DNA from: Haplodiscus bocki
Lineage: Eukaryota
Assembly (NCBI GenBank): GCA_965655095.1
Contig: OZ296651.1
Coordinates: 111,724,001 to 111,788,000, forward strand
DNA: 64,000 nucleotides
Direction: 5' to 3'
Shown here: piece after piece, positions 50,150 through 64,000 of the stretch
How the letters are laid out: every line of letters begins with the position of its first letter
Numbering within the stretch: the first letter of the stretch is position 1
Position numbers and translations under genes: made by a program
The notes under the pieces: generated by a model
The model's input: only the letters and a program-made list of their open reading frames with translations
The model's database searches: none
What the model was told of the DNA's origin: nothing

Positions 50150-51970
50150 ATTGAAACAACAATGAGCTATAGAACTCAGAAAATTTTTCTTGTCTTGGAG
50201 TCTATATTTAATTGATATAGACTTATAAGACTTCCGTAAAAAGTAATAAAAAATTGCAGAAGCAGAAAAAGAGAAAAAAAAAATTCCACATTGAAATATA
50301 ATAAAAATGGAAAACCAAAAACTGCAGGAATTGCATCAGCAAACCAGTCAGGAACAAACAGTGGAGCAATGTGTAACAGGTGATCAGGTAGACCGACCTT
50401 TTAATTATTTCTGGGACCAAATCGATTTCCATAAGGAGTTGAAAAAAGATCAGTTGGATTTTTTCAGAGGTAGTTGAAAAGTCATATCATAAAGTTTTTC
50501 CCAAAAGCTTCAGTGTTTTATTAGATTGTTTCGTGAATAAAACAGGATTCCAAAAATTTGTTAATTCAGCATTGGAAAAGTTTCCAGCTTCTTATGCAGT
50601 GAAAGTATTTGGACTTATTGCTGATTGAACTTGTTTTGGTTCAAAGAGCGTTGGAATAGCTCGTAATACAAGTTTGAGAGTCCGTAAGAAAGTGTTAATC
50701 ATCGTCAAGATCTAATGTTATGACATTCCGTGGAATATTATCACAGGATATAGGAGTAGCTAGTTGAAACTTATATACACTACTATACAACGGATCAATA
50801 TACACTACAGTGTCTTGATAGTAAATTGGTATACGGTCAAAGCATTTATCAGCTTCAGACAGAGGTGGAGAAATTTAGGACAATCATTTGATGATTGTAT
50901 AGAGGAAGTTAGAGAAAATAACTACGGTTTCCAGTTAAGAAGTAACCAACGAATTGAAGATTTTGGACAGACATTGCTATTACATTTAGCAAATATGTTC
51001 TTTCCAGTTCACAGATATGATGTATTGCATTCAACTCTTGAATGGTCATAGGTTTATATACATAGTTGATAGAATAACCTATCTTCGTCTTTGGGTGAGC
51101 ATCAAAATTTAGAGTACCGAAACTATTTTAATCAATCAGTGGAGGAAAGTAATATTGGTTTTTCGCAAAATCAAAGATTAGTGGTGGAGAAATTGAATTT
51201 TGAGTGAGTGATGTTGCTTCAACAACATGAAATGAGTTTTTGTTTCCAGTGCTCTTATTACAACTTTAACGATAGGTGACAAACAAACCAGGATACTAAC
51301 AAGGTTTGCATTTGTGTTGGTTCTTTTACAGAATGTTTTTTTCTGAGGAAAGTTTTCAAATCGTAATAAGGTTGGAATAGTGGTTCCCAGTGATAAAGTA
51401 AAATATGGGAATACAGTTAGCAGTATGCCGTTAGTAATTTTTTCAGTCTTCTTTCCACTAGCATTGAAGAAGACATCAGTTTCTCAACAGTAACGGTTGT
51501 TCAGTTCGGACATTTGTTCGAGAAAATCAGAGACTTGAAATCCTAAACATTTTCCCACAGGAAATCAGACAAAAGTTTAAGCATGTTTCAGTGTTGGCTT
51601 AGGAAAACAATCAGAATACAGACATTGAAGGGTATGACCTTCAAGTATTAGTTTATCTAATTTATCTTCTTTGTCCAGAGAAACTTCTTCAATGATTAAA
51701 GACGAGCTGTCTTTATCGGGATGATTTTCTTAGTCATCAGAACATCTGGATTCAAAATTGTCAGAGCAGTAATCTAATAATTCTTTTTTAGCAGGTGAAT
51801 ATACCGGCATGTACAGTGTTCAGTTTGGATACAGTGAATGGCATTTGTTACTTTTCACTTTGTACTTGAGAACTCAGACTATCAAAAAAATTGAAAGAGC
51901 CATTATAAAAATCTTGACTCAGTTCAAGACTAACCGCTCTATTGAGGTTTCGGATAAAAGTTTTGCATTC
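50150..51970 (-). pseudogene. env-like membrane glycoprotein remnant
   Basis: Fragments ECKTFIRNLN, LIIEEVSL..EGHTLQCLYSDC..PTLKH, EADKCFDRIPIYYQDTVVYIDP..ATPISCDN, and a hydrophobic C-terminal stretch (PDWFADAIPAVFGFPFYY, ~50300) downstream of integrase. Confidence 0.55.
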
Positions 51971-52247
51971 ATAATTGAATGCAAAACGTTTATCCAAAAC
52001 CTCAATGGAGCGGGTAGTCCTGAACTGAATCAAGATTTTCATAATGGTTCTTTCAACTATTTTGATAGTCTGAGTTTTCAAGTACAAATTGAAAAGTAAC
52101 AAATGCCATTCACTGTATCCAAACTGAACACTGTGCATGCCGGTATATTCACCTGCTAAACAAGATTTATTAGATTACTGCTCTGACAATTTTGAATCCA
52201 GATGTTCGGATGACTAAGAAAAACATTCCGATAAAGAAAGCTCGTCT
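51700..52247. repeat. 548-bp foldback palindrome (272-bp arms, 4-nt loop at 51972-51975)
   Basis: Arms are reverse complements without indels; about 19 mismatches by manual count (~93%). Explains the mirror ORFs 51809-52099 and 51848-52138. Confidence 0.95.
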
Positions 52248-55200
52248 CCGAAAAACTGAAAGAAGAATTGATCTTGGGTATGAGTGAACAGTGAAAATAG
52301 TTTCCTTACCAGAGGAAGGTCCCATTGAAAAAGGCTTGTCCAAGAGAGAGGAAGGAAGATTTTCAGAATTTGATGACTGAGGTTGTGCGTGTTGACGCAA
52401 AAATGCAGAGATTGAGCATGATACTGATCTTGTGCGAGACGAGGACAAAGATTGAATCAGTATTGATCTTAACTTATAAGAATGAGTCAGTTTTCGGGAA
52501 GACGTTGCCAAAGTTGTTTTTGATGAATCTTCAGATTCACATTCCAGAAGATCATCAAAAAACAGAAGGTGTGGGAAATATACTTTCAGATAGTTTTGGG
52601 TTTTACATACAAAACTTTTTGAGGATAAAATTAGTTGGAGTTTTCAGATTACGTGTATTTGCAGAAGTTCATAGCTCATCAGCTTTATTTTGCAGAGCAG
52701 AGGTTGAAGCTTTATCACAGAATGTAGCATCAAATGACTTTCACTGTTTCAAAGATTCTGCTTTTCTAGCTACGGATTGAGTAAGAAGTGAGGGCGGTTT
52801 TGAAAAGGGAAGATGATCTGTTTCAGATGGGTCCGGGATTTGATTAGGTCTAGGAATGGTAAAAGGAGTGATAGCCGAAGGTACCGGTATTGCTCACAGA
52901 CGAACAGTATTTTCTAAACTCTCAGAAGAAGAAGTAGATTTTTGAGCATTAGTTGATGTTTGTACAGTAAGTCCAGTATCTCTGAACTTTGAGTTTACTT
53001 CAGAAATTGGTGTAGCAGAAGGTAAATTTTTATTTTCAGTTTAATGCGGAGAAAAATCCAGGATTACGTCGGTATCAGAGAAGGAAATATTAAATACATG
53101 GTTTGTAGGTTGAAAAAAATGCACAGTTACCCCAGTCAGGCGTTTTGGAATCAGAGTTTTTGATTTTGAAATACTTTGATTTGATTTTAGTTTTTTCATA
53201 CTACAGTGGTGTCAAACTTTTTGGTTTTAAACTGAAAAGGGAACTTTGCAGTTTCAGTATGCTGAAGTTCTTTTTAGATTAAATGGGAAAGTTTCAAAGT
53301 CAGAAGACAAGAATCACAATCTGCGATGAACAAGAAGGAGCTAATTATAGCTTTTTCCATAGACTTTGATTAGCAACTGTATTCAACTGTGTTCAAAGAG
53401 AATGAATATTTATCCGGGGAAGAAGGTGCTGGAAAGAAAAGGTGCATAGGATAGTCATAAACAATATCAGTGTCAGGAAGACCAAATATTTCACGGAATT
53501 TGTTGAAGGGTTGAAAGTTTGATTATCATGGTTTTTGATAAAGACTTTCAGAATCAGATTTTGATCGGGAGGGCTAATGATTATCATCATCCAAATTTAT
53601 AGGTTGGTATATTTTTTGATCAAACATAACTGATGTATCGTCGAAACCATTGCAGCGTAGACTCTCATCAAAAACTTGATCCTATAAATCAGAGTTATCA
53701 TATGAAGTATAAAGATCGTTTTGAATCATGTCTGATTTAGCAGAGCCATGAGTTATTACCAGATTTTGTTCAATTTATGATTCAAAATAAGAAAAAGCAA
53801 GGGTTCTTTTAGACACTATGGAAATGAATGATTTCTTTGTGTCTGAATATCTTTCCGTTTTGGGTTAAAATCTCATACGTGAATTCCGTAGGCTTGCCGA
53901 TATTTCTGAAATGACCAATATGAAGTCGTTTCAGTTTGTTCAAAAGTTGAACAGGTTTAAAAAATTGATGTAGAACAAATGAACTCAGTGTTAATGGTTT
54001 ATCAAGATTGGGTGTGTCTATTTTTATATAGGCAAGAAAAATTACTTTTAACGCTTAATGATAAAAATTGACTAAAATTGCAGCATCGCTGTTACAGTAG
54101 CCAGAAACGAAGTAAAAAATGGCTTCAACAGGATAATCCGAAACAACGGATTTATATCAGTGATTTGGTAACGGGAATGAAGTGGTAAAAGAGAGCAATG
54201 TTGTGCAGTAAATTCACGATAATTAGTCCGAGAAAGATTCAATGGAACTTTCAGTGGAAGACACGGTTGCGTAAGGAAAACTAATTCATATGGTAAAAAA
54301 CACATAAGTGACAATGATTGACTATTGTAAGCATAAGCAAAGAACTGTACATGGATTGACCAGTTCTAAGAAGTATCATGTAAAAATTTGCAGATGGGTT
54401 TCAAGATTGTTTTGCACGTCAACAAGTTCGCTTCTCAGGGGAGCATGAGAAGTTCTCGCAGAATGTCGATTAGAAAACATAGTACAGCAATTCACCTTTT
54501 CAGAGTTGAGGCGTTTAATTCACCTATCTGTAATCAGATGTTGAGGAGGAACAAATTTTGATTTCCAGAGGTGAACCAATGAAGTATTAAATTTTTGAAG
54601 AGCGTTCTTTTCAGGAGTTCGTACAGTTACAATGTAACTGCTGGAAGGATCAACCATTACCTAAACATAATGAGTTCTTTCAGAGGCAGGATATAATTGG
54701 ACATTTAGTATCCATAAAAATACTCTGGTTGGAAAAGCTTTATAATTCCGGAAATGGTACGATTGCAGCTTTGTTTCATTTCAAATTTCTTTAAATATGC
54801 ATCTGGCAATCAATACATTCATGATTGAAAAATGATCGCCGTCGTTGCAAAAATGGAAAATGATAATATTGGTTAAAGTTACACTGCGCAAAATGTAGAC
54901 CAGATTGAGAATGTTCATGAACTCTGCCAAATGCAGAGTGAAACCGAGTCTGTGGTAAGTATCAACGAGAATGGTGTGAAGAAAAGTTATCATCAGTGTA
55001 TCGTGGAAGTTTAACATTTAATTTCAGTAGTTGGTTTTCATTGGTGATCCGTGCAGTAAGTTCATCAAAATACAGGTTGGAAAAAATTCGATAGTATTCC
55101 AGTAAAAAAGGACTAGCAGTATTAATATGGGTTTTTGTCCCAGGCCATGAATGTTCAGTGATCCATTTACTTAGAAGTTTCAGAACAGGATCTCTTAATT

Positions 55201-58200
55201 GATTTTTCAGTTTTGTTTCAATTGTCAATGGAGAATCAGGAGGTAAAGAGATGTCATTGAATTTGGAGGCATTTTTGAAGAAAGATGGATGAAAGTATTA
55301 AATATTCAAAGATTGTTTAATTACAGAGGGACACGTTTCATTAATGGTTTGCAGATGTAGCTTTTCATCCTCAGAAATATTTTCTTTTTCAGTAGTATAT
55401 GGGTGGTTAGGCAATGATAAACCAGTGAGAAAACTTATTGTCTTGTGATATCGTTTTATTCAATAGGATTCTCATTATCAGTAATATCAGTATCAGTTGA
55501 AACTGCAGATTTTTGTATTAATGTTTTGATTGTTTTCCTAATTGGTTTTTTTTATAATGACTTAGGAATAGTTTCACAGCTTCAAATGAAAACGAATCCA
55601 GTGAAATTGTCATAATTTATATCCTTTCTCACTGATACATATGGAAAGTTGATCACTTCCGAACTCAGCTGAAACTGCATGATAATCATCCTTTTGTGAA
55701 GGAAGTACAGTTTCTTGTTCAACTAAGTAATATACAGGTTTGATTTGATTATCATGATTCAGTTTGGCTAATTGAATTCGCAGTTGTAATTTCTTATCTT
55801 TTAAAAACTTCTTTTGCAGTTTTCCTTGAGTGAAAGAACGGTTTAACGGATCCACATCCACGACACAAAAGCTTTTTCCTTTCGTATAAAAAAAAAACGA
55901 AGTTTTTGAAATTGGGTTACTTGGATTTTTACAGTGTAAAATTATGAAAATAGATTCCCTTCCTTGCTGAAACAGTTGAGAACTGGTTTTTGATCGTTCC
56001 AAACAATAATGACATGATCAAAGCCAATATTATCGTGCTCATTTATTGTTAACGACGATACGATTCCGAATAGCTCACGATAGGTAGTACAAAGTTTTCG
56101 TTCAATAGTGGCAAGAAAACGAAAACTGTATAAGAAGAAATCCAGTCCAGTTTTTCTACGTTAATCACTTGTAATACGACACAGCCTCTACAAACTAAAG
56201 AAGAATCTACTGTTGTTATGTATAGAGCATCATCTTTTGTAATGTTTGTTTTAAGTTATTGAAACAGTGTTTCATGTTCAATATTCCAGTAGAATTTGAC
56301 ATTATATGGATAAAATCATACTGAGGCTTCAAATTCAAAAGAAGTTAATCAGTGAATTTTGAAAAGAAACTAATTGAGCCGATGAACCTCATCAGTTCAT
56401 TTTTTGTAGTTAGAGAGGATTTTTGAGAATTCCAGCTAATTTGGATTGACTTGGTTTAATTGTGTTAAACCCAATTTGATGACCCAGATAGTTCACAGTG
56501 AGGAGCACGAAAAATGATTTTTCAAGAGCTAATTTCAGCTTTTGTTCTTTAGCAATGTAATGAAATTGTTCAGTATGTGGCTGCAAATGTGCTTTAGAAA
56601 ATGACATGAGTAATATGTCATCATTGTCAATCAGCAAAGATACTTGGCGGATCAAATCTTCGGAGAAGGGAGACAGTTGTAGTTTTGAGAAGTTTCGGAA
56701 ACCTTCAAGGCAGTTAAATTTTTCAATGAAAGCAAAAAAACGTATCAACAGATGAAAAACCCAGTTCATTTAAAGTTCCATCGTCTAATGTAGCATGTGC
56801 ATGTAAAGGTGGAATCACTCATAGAATTAATTTTAGAGATGGTTAAACACTACAGATAGTGTCATGAATTGTGAAATCTTGATACAAATCATTGTGATTA
56901 GCTTCAAAAAAATTGTTTGTTTGGTTAATTCTTTCATAACGAACATTAATGGGTTCAGTTTTATCAGGGTTGTATGTATGAACAACCGAATTTATCAGTA
57001 TATTCAAATCATTTTTTCGATAATGAGGTGGTTTCAAAATGGTAATAGGAACTTCTATAAATCCTTTTGTTCAGGTTGGAAGTGTACCTATATGCGTAGC
57101 TTTTTTGTGATTAATACCGAGAACGAATTTTGAAAAGTTTTAGATAACTTTTCCATAAAGGAAAAAGATCGTTTCTGTTTTAACAGAAAATGAGTTTCAG
57201 ATCTTTCAATGAATTTATTTCATAAATTTCTTTTTTAGGCACTAAAACTTTTGTATGCTTCAGAGGAAAAAGTAGAGTGTGAACAGTGTTGGGGTTAATA
57301 GATGTTGACTTTGTTGAAATAATTTGGTGAATAAATGAAATTTCCTTCTGATCAGTGCACTAAAAGAAGCAATTGTGGGTTGATCATTGAAAGAGTGTTT
57401 GAAACTCTTGGTGAAATCCTGGATGTTAATATCTTGAACATAATTCTCAAACAATGGTGACCAGAGAATGTTATAATTCATATGAGCTACAGCGAAGGAA
57501 TCATGGAATAACTTGTTTTTGTTTCAATTGATGAGAATTATGTTCCAGAAAAAAATTGCCTAATTTGAACTTCAGATTGATTTGCAAAAATCAATGTCTT
57601 TGATGTATCATGCATCACGATTACATTGAACATGTGAATGATAAGTTTATATTCTGGTATTTTAAGTACCAAAACAGATCCACCGCTATCCAATACAAAG
57701 GCCACTTCCAGACCTGAGGGTAAAATTGAATTTGTTTTGTTTTGTGAATGGATGTTCAATTTATAAAACCAACCTGTTGAATAAAATTCATTTGTCATTT
57801 CAGTGGTATAAATATTAACTTCAATTTTGTCTTTCGACTTTAAAAATTTTTCAGTGCAATGGTTATGATTTTCAGTGGAATTTGGTTGTAAAATATTCTT
57901 TTATCTTCTAGATGCCGACGCAAATCTTGAGCGTGGTCTCGAAGGAGTTAGATATGGAGAATTAAAAACTCTCAAATGCTATCATTTCTACAGCTGGTTC
58001 TAGAAGAGAATAAAAACGATTTTTTTCTTTAAAAAAAATTCGGAGACCTAAATTAACCTCGTTGTCTATAAAATTCAGTGTAATTTGAGCGTGATGGAGT
58101 TCGGCAAGAACTGATATCTATATTTCGATGAACATAACAAAAAACAGAATTTGCAATTCGATGACTTGAAGTTAAAGGTTATCTAAAACGAGATGATTGT

Positions 58201-59006
58201 TAAGCAGAAGTTCGTTTCCTTGAATTCGAGCGATTTCTTGAATTGCCACTGTTACGAGAATTTTAGTGTACAGCTTAAAAGAGAAGTTGACCATTTGGAT
58301 GAATTCGATCTTGGTACGCTTTAAAGTACTGACTAAACCGTTTGGCAGGCAATTTTGGGCGAGAATAGGAAAATTTCCGTTTTCTTTTTTCATCTTCTCT
58401 TCGTTCTCGGAAGCAGTTTGAAACAGAAATTTTGGATTTATGACAATGAATACAGTAGTTCCGAAAATGAAGTTTACTTTCGTTTTTCGAATCAGTTGTC
58501 TGTGTGGACAAGATTTCAGGATTTGGATCATAAGTTTCAGAGATAAATTTTTTAGTTTCCTGTTTCGATAATACAATATTTACTCCCAGTGGTGAATCAA
58601 GAGTCTGAATCTTTTCATTCTTGAAGTCTTCATTAGCAACAAGTTTCACCATTGTATGAAATGGAAAGGAAGGCTCCATACCAGTGGATGTATGTCTGAA
58701 TTGTATTGTATGAGCAAGGTCTTTCAGTTTTTTGGGTAACACTCCAGTGAATATTTTATTACCTTGAGATTATTATTTGAACAAGATTCATTAAACTAGC
58801 CTTTTTGCAACGCCCTAGTGAATCTTCAGAGCGTAATGGCGTACGTTTTCAGTTTTTTCCGTTAAAACTTGAGCTTCAACTTGTGCCTAAAATGCAGTTT
58901 TCAGTGCAGAAAATTGCTCTCTGGAATCAGTAACAAAAGCAGACGAATCATTTTTTTATTTTTCATGAAGTCAGAAAATCCACCTGAAAGCAACTCCAGA
59001 GAGATC

Positions 59007-59058
59007 GATAGATAGACAGATAGATATGTAGATAGATAAAGAGAGAGAGAGAGAGAGA
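59007..59058 (+). repeat. Imperfect (GATA)n followed by (GA)9 microsatellite
   Basis: Directly visible. Confidence 0.85.
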
Positions 59059-59295
59059 ACTCTTTTCATGCCATTTTTCTTTAGTGTCCTTGTTTATAAG
59101 CTACAAGATCGACAGGTTGTTCTCCCATAACAAAAAGTCTTAATTGATAAATACTAATCTATTGGGTTTATCGTTTTCAAAATGATTCCAGAGTTTTCAT
59201 TTTAATTTGGGTTAAAAAAACAGTAAAACGTAAATTCGCAAAACTTGATCCACACGTTTTTCAATGAATATAATAGAAAAAAGAATCATGGTGTT

Positions 59296-59495
59296 NNNNN
59301 NNNNNNNNNNNNNNNNNNNNNNNNNNNNNNNNNNNNNNNNNNNNNNNNNNNNNNNNNNNNNNNNNNNNNNNNNNNNNNNNNNNNNNNNNNNNNNNNNNNN
59401 NNNNNNNNNNNNNNNNNNNNNNNNNNNNNNNNNNNNNNNNNNNNNNNNNNNNNNNNNNNNNNNNNNNNNNNNNNNNNNNNNNNNNNNNNNNNNNN
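59296..59495. other. Assembly gap (200 N)
   Basis: Run of N. Confidence 1.
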
Positions 59496-62400
59496 TCTCG
59501 ATTCGAAAAAACTGTGATCTATTACGATGACTCTAAACATCTCTATCATATGTCTGACTCTAACAGCAACAGCATCTTAAAAACACACCATTCCAAAGTC
59601 ACTCCTCATCAATATCATCGATTATTTTTGCAGACTTGTGTTCTTTTTTCGTTTAGTACTATACGATAACTCGAAGTTCAATAGTCGTTGTTGTTAACTT
59701 CAACGTTTAGGACAGTGATATCAGTAATGCAGGCTTGATACGAACAGTCAAGCAGCTCGTCTTAGTTGTTGTTGTATGCAAATGCTTTTTGCCATTTCTT
59801 TCTGGTTTGTCGGGTTATGGATTTACCATTACGAAGGGGATTGAAATTTCAGAAAAAAAATTATTTTACATGCAACTTTTAAACATACTCGATATGTATT
59901 ATGTAAAGTGTATTTTTCTGTTACACTTTAAAAAAATTACTACTCCTTTTGGAAAAGAAAATTAAAATAGGAAAGCTAGAAAAAACTTTTCTGCTACACT
60001 AAAACGATAAGATTTCAGCTGCCGGGTTTACGGAAAGTAAAACTAATCAAACTGACTTGACACAAAGAGGAATCATTTGTTTTGATTCGACAATCAAACA
60101 ATACAATGTTGGTGGAATTGTGAAAAGATCTTATCACAAAGATTACCAAAGGAGAAACTTTTTCAAAAGATCTCTGATAACATTGTACGTGGAATTTGCA
60201 AACTTATAATGGAGTTTTATGTAAGTAGCTTTTAATATTAAAAAATAGAAAAAGAGTTCATTTTGTAATAAATGACAGAGTTGTAAAAAGCGAAACAACA
60301 AAAATACTAAGGCAAATAACTGACAATCCGTAGAAACGGAAGTTAAAAGTGGGGAACAATTAGTGAACTCGAGATCTTCTGTAACAAAAGCATTAAAATG
60401 GCGGCTCATGGTTCGGTAGAAATATCAAGTGAAAATTGAAGTTCAGAAGGCACAAAGAGGACATTGTTGAGAGAAGAAATTGAAGTAAAATTTGTAAGAA
60501 AACAGAACGATAAAGAAGATATGATACTTTTCTTGCTCAATCGAAAAAAAGCTAATTTATTGAGAGTCTAAGTTTCTCTTTTTTGATTTGGTCTAATTTT
60601 TCTAGAACTTAGATTTTTTGAGAAATTATATTTTTTAAGTGTTTATGCCCAAAAATTTGTGGGAGCCCATAGTTTTACAGAGATAATACGTACTTAGACA
60701 AACGACTTGACTAAAATTTGAAACAAAGTTCAATAGTGTTAGTCCCATTTTCAAAACAACAAACAATTTTGGGAAAATAGAGTTATTTTAGTGGAAAGTG
60801 TTAAAAGATCGAAAAAACTACTTTGATGATAATGTGGTAGAAGTCTCAATGATAACAAAATTTAACATTTCTTTGAAAAAAACGAATGGCTGTTAGGGTT
60901 GATCAATACAGAAACATATTTTTCTCTTTCATCAAAACCTATTGCAAACATTCCATTTAACTGGGTGAAGATGTAGAATACACTTAGTGGCTTGAAGATT
61001 TTTTCAAGAAAGATATTGGAGGAAGTACTTTTTTTGAAGACTATCGAAAAATGAAACTATCAGAAAACTCGTTTTTGATAGACTGAGCAGGACTAATACT
61101 TATGAAGTTTTTGCGTAAACTTTGCAGAAAAAGATTTGTTAATGAATCTTTCTCTGAAATCCTCAGGAAAAAGTATACAAGTCTGAATGTTTTAGAACGT
61201 GAAGGTAGTTTTAAGGTGAAAAAAGACCCAGAAGAAAATAATACAAAAGTTGTAGGTAAGTAGGAGTCTAATGTCGCAAGATATGATTCCCCACCTGGAG
61301 TGTATGAAGTCCTACACAATAAGTAAAAAGGTATTAGAGTCTGTTCAATCAATAACTGTTTTACTGAGTGTTGAGGCCGATGAGATCAGAATGAGCAAAA
61401 CCCTGAAAACAAGTCTTCTCCTACAAATTGTTAAAGAATCCTTCTTTCCGGAGTACTACTATGATTTTACTAGAGCTGAAATAAAATAACTGTTCAATAA
61501 TATTTAAGTGGACAGCAGGTAAAAATGAAAACGATGAAAAAATCACTTTTAAACTACGGTTCTTTCGATAGCTCTGTAGGAAACTGTCTTGGACATACAG
61601 TTCTCTTCATTATTGCTTTGGATAGATCTCCACAAGAAACGAAAGTTCAACCAGCCAGAAACAATACTGTGTGAAGGATTCAAATCCTGTGTTGGCTTAT
61701 ATGTTTTTTTTACTTGGATGATGATGATCATGACTCAGTTGATTTTGATAGAATATCCTTGACGTTCATTTTACAATTACTTTAAATATAAAGATAGTTA
61801 TTAAGTTTCCAAGAAGTTGAAACCAACTTTCAATGTGATAGAGGTCGCCAGTATTTTCTTGCTGTAAAAAACAATGGACAAATCACAACATCTGGTCAAA
61901 CATTTTTCAACCGCTTATGTGAAGGTAATAGAAAAAAGTGACTGTTGGTGATAACACTATGCAAACAGAAGTGTCAGGTGAAGGGTTTACGAATCACACA
62001 AAAGGATATGCTAAAGCAGCTAAGAACTTCATAGTGCTGTAGCAATTCACGTTTTTAAAGCATTATTTGCAAACGGTCTGAAAACTGCAGATTTCTAGCT
62101 GATGGTTGGAGGTTTGCATGTGAGAAAAATTTTTTGAAGATGATACTATTTTTCAGATTGTTTATAATTGGCTGGATTCTAAAAGTAACGCGTATTAGGT
62201 ATCTCGCGCGATGGCTGAAAAAGTCATAGATTTCAGTATTGAATAATTTTGCTTCTATTAGTTAAACCATTCTGTAATCAATTCTGAACAATCTATACAG
62301 ATTGTTAACTGTTTTTCGAGAAAGCCCGATTCCTATCATATGATAACTTTTAGGAGAGTGATGAAAGCTCACACAAACTTTCATCTCTAATTTTTTTTCT

Positions 62401-64000
62401 GCATTTTTTTCTCATTGCTATAGAAAAAACAACTATGTCAAAAGCTATACTAGATATTTTTTCACAAATTGATGTTGTGGTTGTTTTTACAAATTTGTTT
62501 ACATCTTTTACGTTGTGCAATAATTTTCATCATTTTTCTTTAGCGCTCTTGCGAAAAACCTGTATTATCATCAGAAATAGAATCTCAAACGTATGGAAAC
62601 CTTCTCTTTTCTTTCGAATTTCTGTTCTAAATCGAAAAAGTGTAAGGCAACAGAAGAGTATAACTTGGTTGTTTGATTAGGCCAAAAACATTCTTGACGA
62701 AAAATTGTGATTGGAGTAACTTTCGAACACCTTGTGAAATCTTGTTTCAAGGAACACTAAAAAGATGTTTCGAGAAATTTCTTGAAGGTTTTCTGAGATA
62801 TATCTGCAAAATTTTTCCATGAAAATGATTTTGGTACTATTTTGTACTTTTCATATTATTTCTATCAAAAGACTGGATTTTCATTCCAGTAGTATGAAAC
62901 TTAAGCAGTGATTAGATATGCAAATGATTATTTGGGTGGCTAGAAGCTGCACGGTAAGTTTCCTAGCGTCTATATTTCACACATACCACTTTTCTTCTCC
63001 GATGTTGACTAATTTTTTGTTTGTTTTTAAAAGTCATAATCAACTCGTCTTATTCAACTCAATAAAAAAACCTATCACAATTTTTCTTAATATTGGATTG
63101 ATCTTACAATAGAGAACATTCATTGAACATTCTCCAATCAAAACGTTGTTAATGTTTCTCGCTCCGAGTGTGTAACTGGTTAAAGGATCATTCAAGTATC
63201 TCGCCATTTAGATAGGATGTTGTTTTGACGCAATTACTTCGGAGGTTTCTTATGATAATCTGTCTCCTCTAGTTTGTAGAACAAGTCTTTTTCAGTAGTG
63301 CTTATTTTTATTTCCCTAGAGATTTCTCCAAACGATTTGTACAACACGTATCTATACCTTCTTCTGTTTGATGAAGCTCATAAAAAACACCCGTTTTTTT
63401 ATCTTCGCTGAAACTATTGTTTTACTAGGAGCAGTTGTAAATAAACCACATATTTTTGATCCTCGCTTTTTTTTCTCAGGTTGAAAAATTTTTCTAACTC
63501 ATTAAATTCTGGAAAAGCATTAACCAGCATCTTCTTTTTAGAGTTATGTAAAGTATCGTTATACATTTTGATGACGGCAAATAGTTCATCAATCCAGTTA
63601 GAATCCTTTTTTATGGTGTTTCAACGGGCAAATTTGGAATAATTCAATCGAAATTTTCTGCAGACACTGCTCCCTTGGAAGTCTATATACTGTATCTTTT
63701 GAATTCTGTTTACTCGAAACTGACTATCAGATCGTCAATTAAAAATTCTCTGACATCATCTGTTTCAAATGTTTTTCACTTTTCCTCAGATGATGCTATT
63801 CATTCCACTTTTTAATACGTATAGTTTCAGCAGCTTTCTTCTTTGTTGGAACTTCCATCCGTTTTTACTGAAGTTATCTATCGCAACTAAAATTTATTTG
63901 TGACCTGTGTTATTTTTTATATCATCATGAATCTTGGCTAATAAAAGTTGACCGTAATACTATCAAAAAATATTTACTATACTTATGATTGCAGCAAACT
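59496..64000 (-). mobile_element. Possible second decayed retroelement-derived segment
   Basis: Short broken minus-strand ORFs with composition like 49-52 kb (e.g. 60143-60409 weakly resembles 49799-50038). No diagnostic motif. Confidence 0.25.

Larger units (their letters stand above)
50150..58950 (-). mobile_element. Heavily decayed Ty3/Gypsy LTR retrotransposon with env-like gene
   Basis: Minus-strand order: gag knuckle CIHCHKSKISVSNC (~58440), protease FVLDSGGS (~57690), RT IDNDDILL..VNYLGHQI (56410-56769), RNase H ERKLCTTYRELFGIV (~56080), integrase remnants (PPQHLITDR ~54540; GPY/F-like ~53900), env-like remnant 50150-51970. Many stops and frameshifts; LTRs not confidently located. Confidence 0.8.

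Noticed and set aside
51809-52138. Pair of near-identical 96-aa ORFs on opposite strands
   Set aside because: By-product of the palindrome, not two genes.
59245-59549. ORFs spanning X residues
   Set aside because: Artefacts of the 200-N gap.

Overview
AT-rich eukaryotic (probably invertebrate) repeat-rich DNA with no recognisable host gene. The left 46 kb holds three head-to-tail, minus-strand, diverged copies of a giant Helentron/Helitron2-type rolling-circle transposon, spaced about 18 kb apart. The intact middle copy (15902-23959, ~2685 aa) reads Zn-knuckle, OTU protease, Cys-rich region, HUH Rep, PIF1-like helicase, and ends in a GIY-YIG nuclease where described Helentrons usually carry an AP endonuclease. 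Downstream of it are a spliced SGNH-hydrolase gene and a putative OB-fold/Zn gene. Three non-coding signals recur: (i) an invariant 13-bp-arm hairpin 200-280 bp upstream of every RepHel copy; (ii) a covarying bulged stem-loop with a GYAN tetraloop, found nine times, always downstream of the element's genes; (iii) modular arrays of a ~600-bp repeat about 3 kb from each upstream hairpin. The right part holds a decayed Ty3/Gypsy element (gag-PR-RT-RH-IN plus an env-like glycoprotein) with a 548-bp foldback inside env, a microsatellite, a 200-N gap and unclassified decayed sequence.
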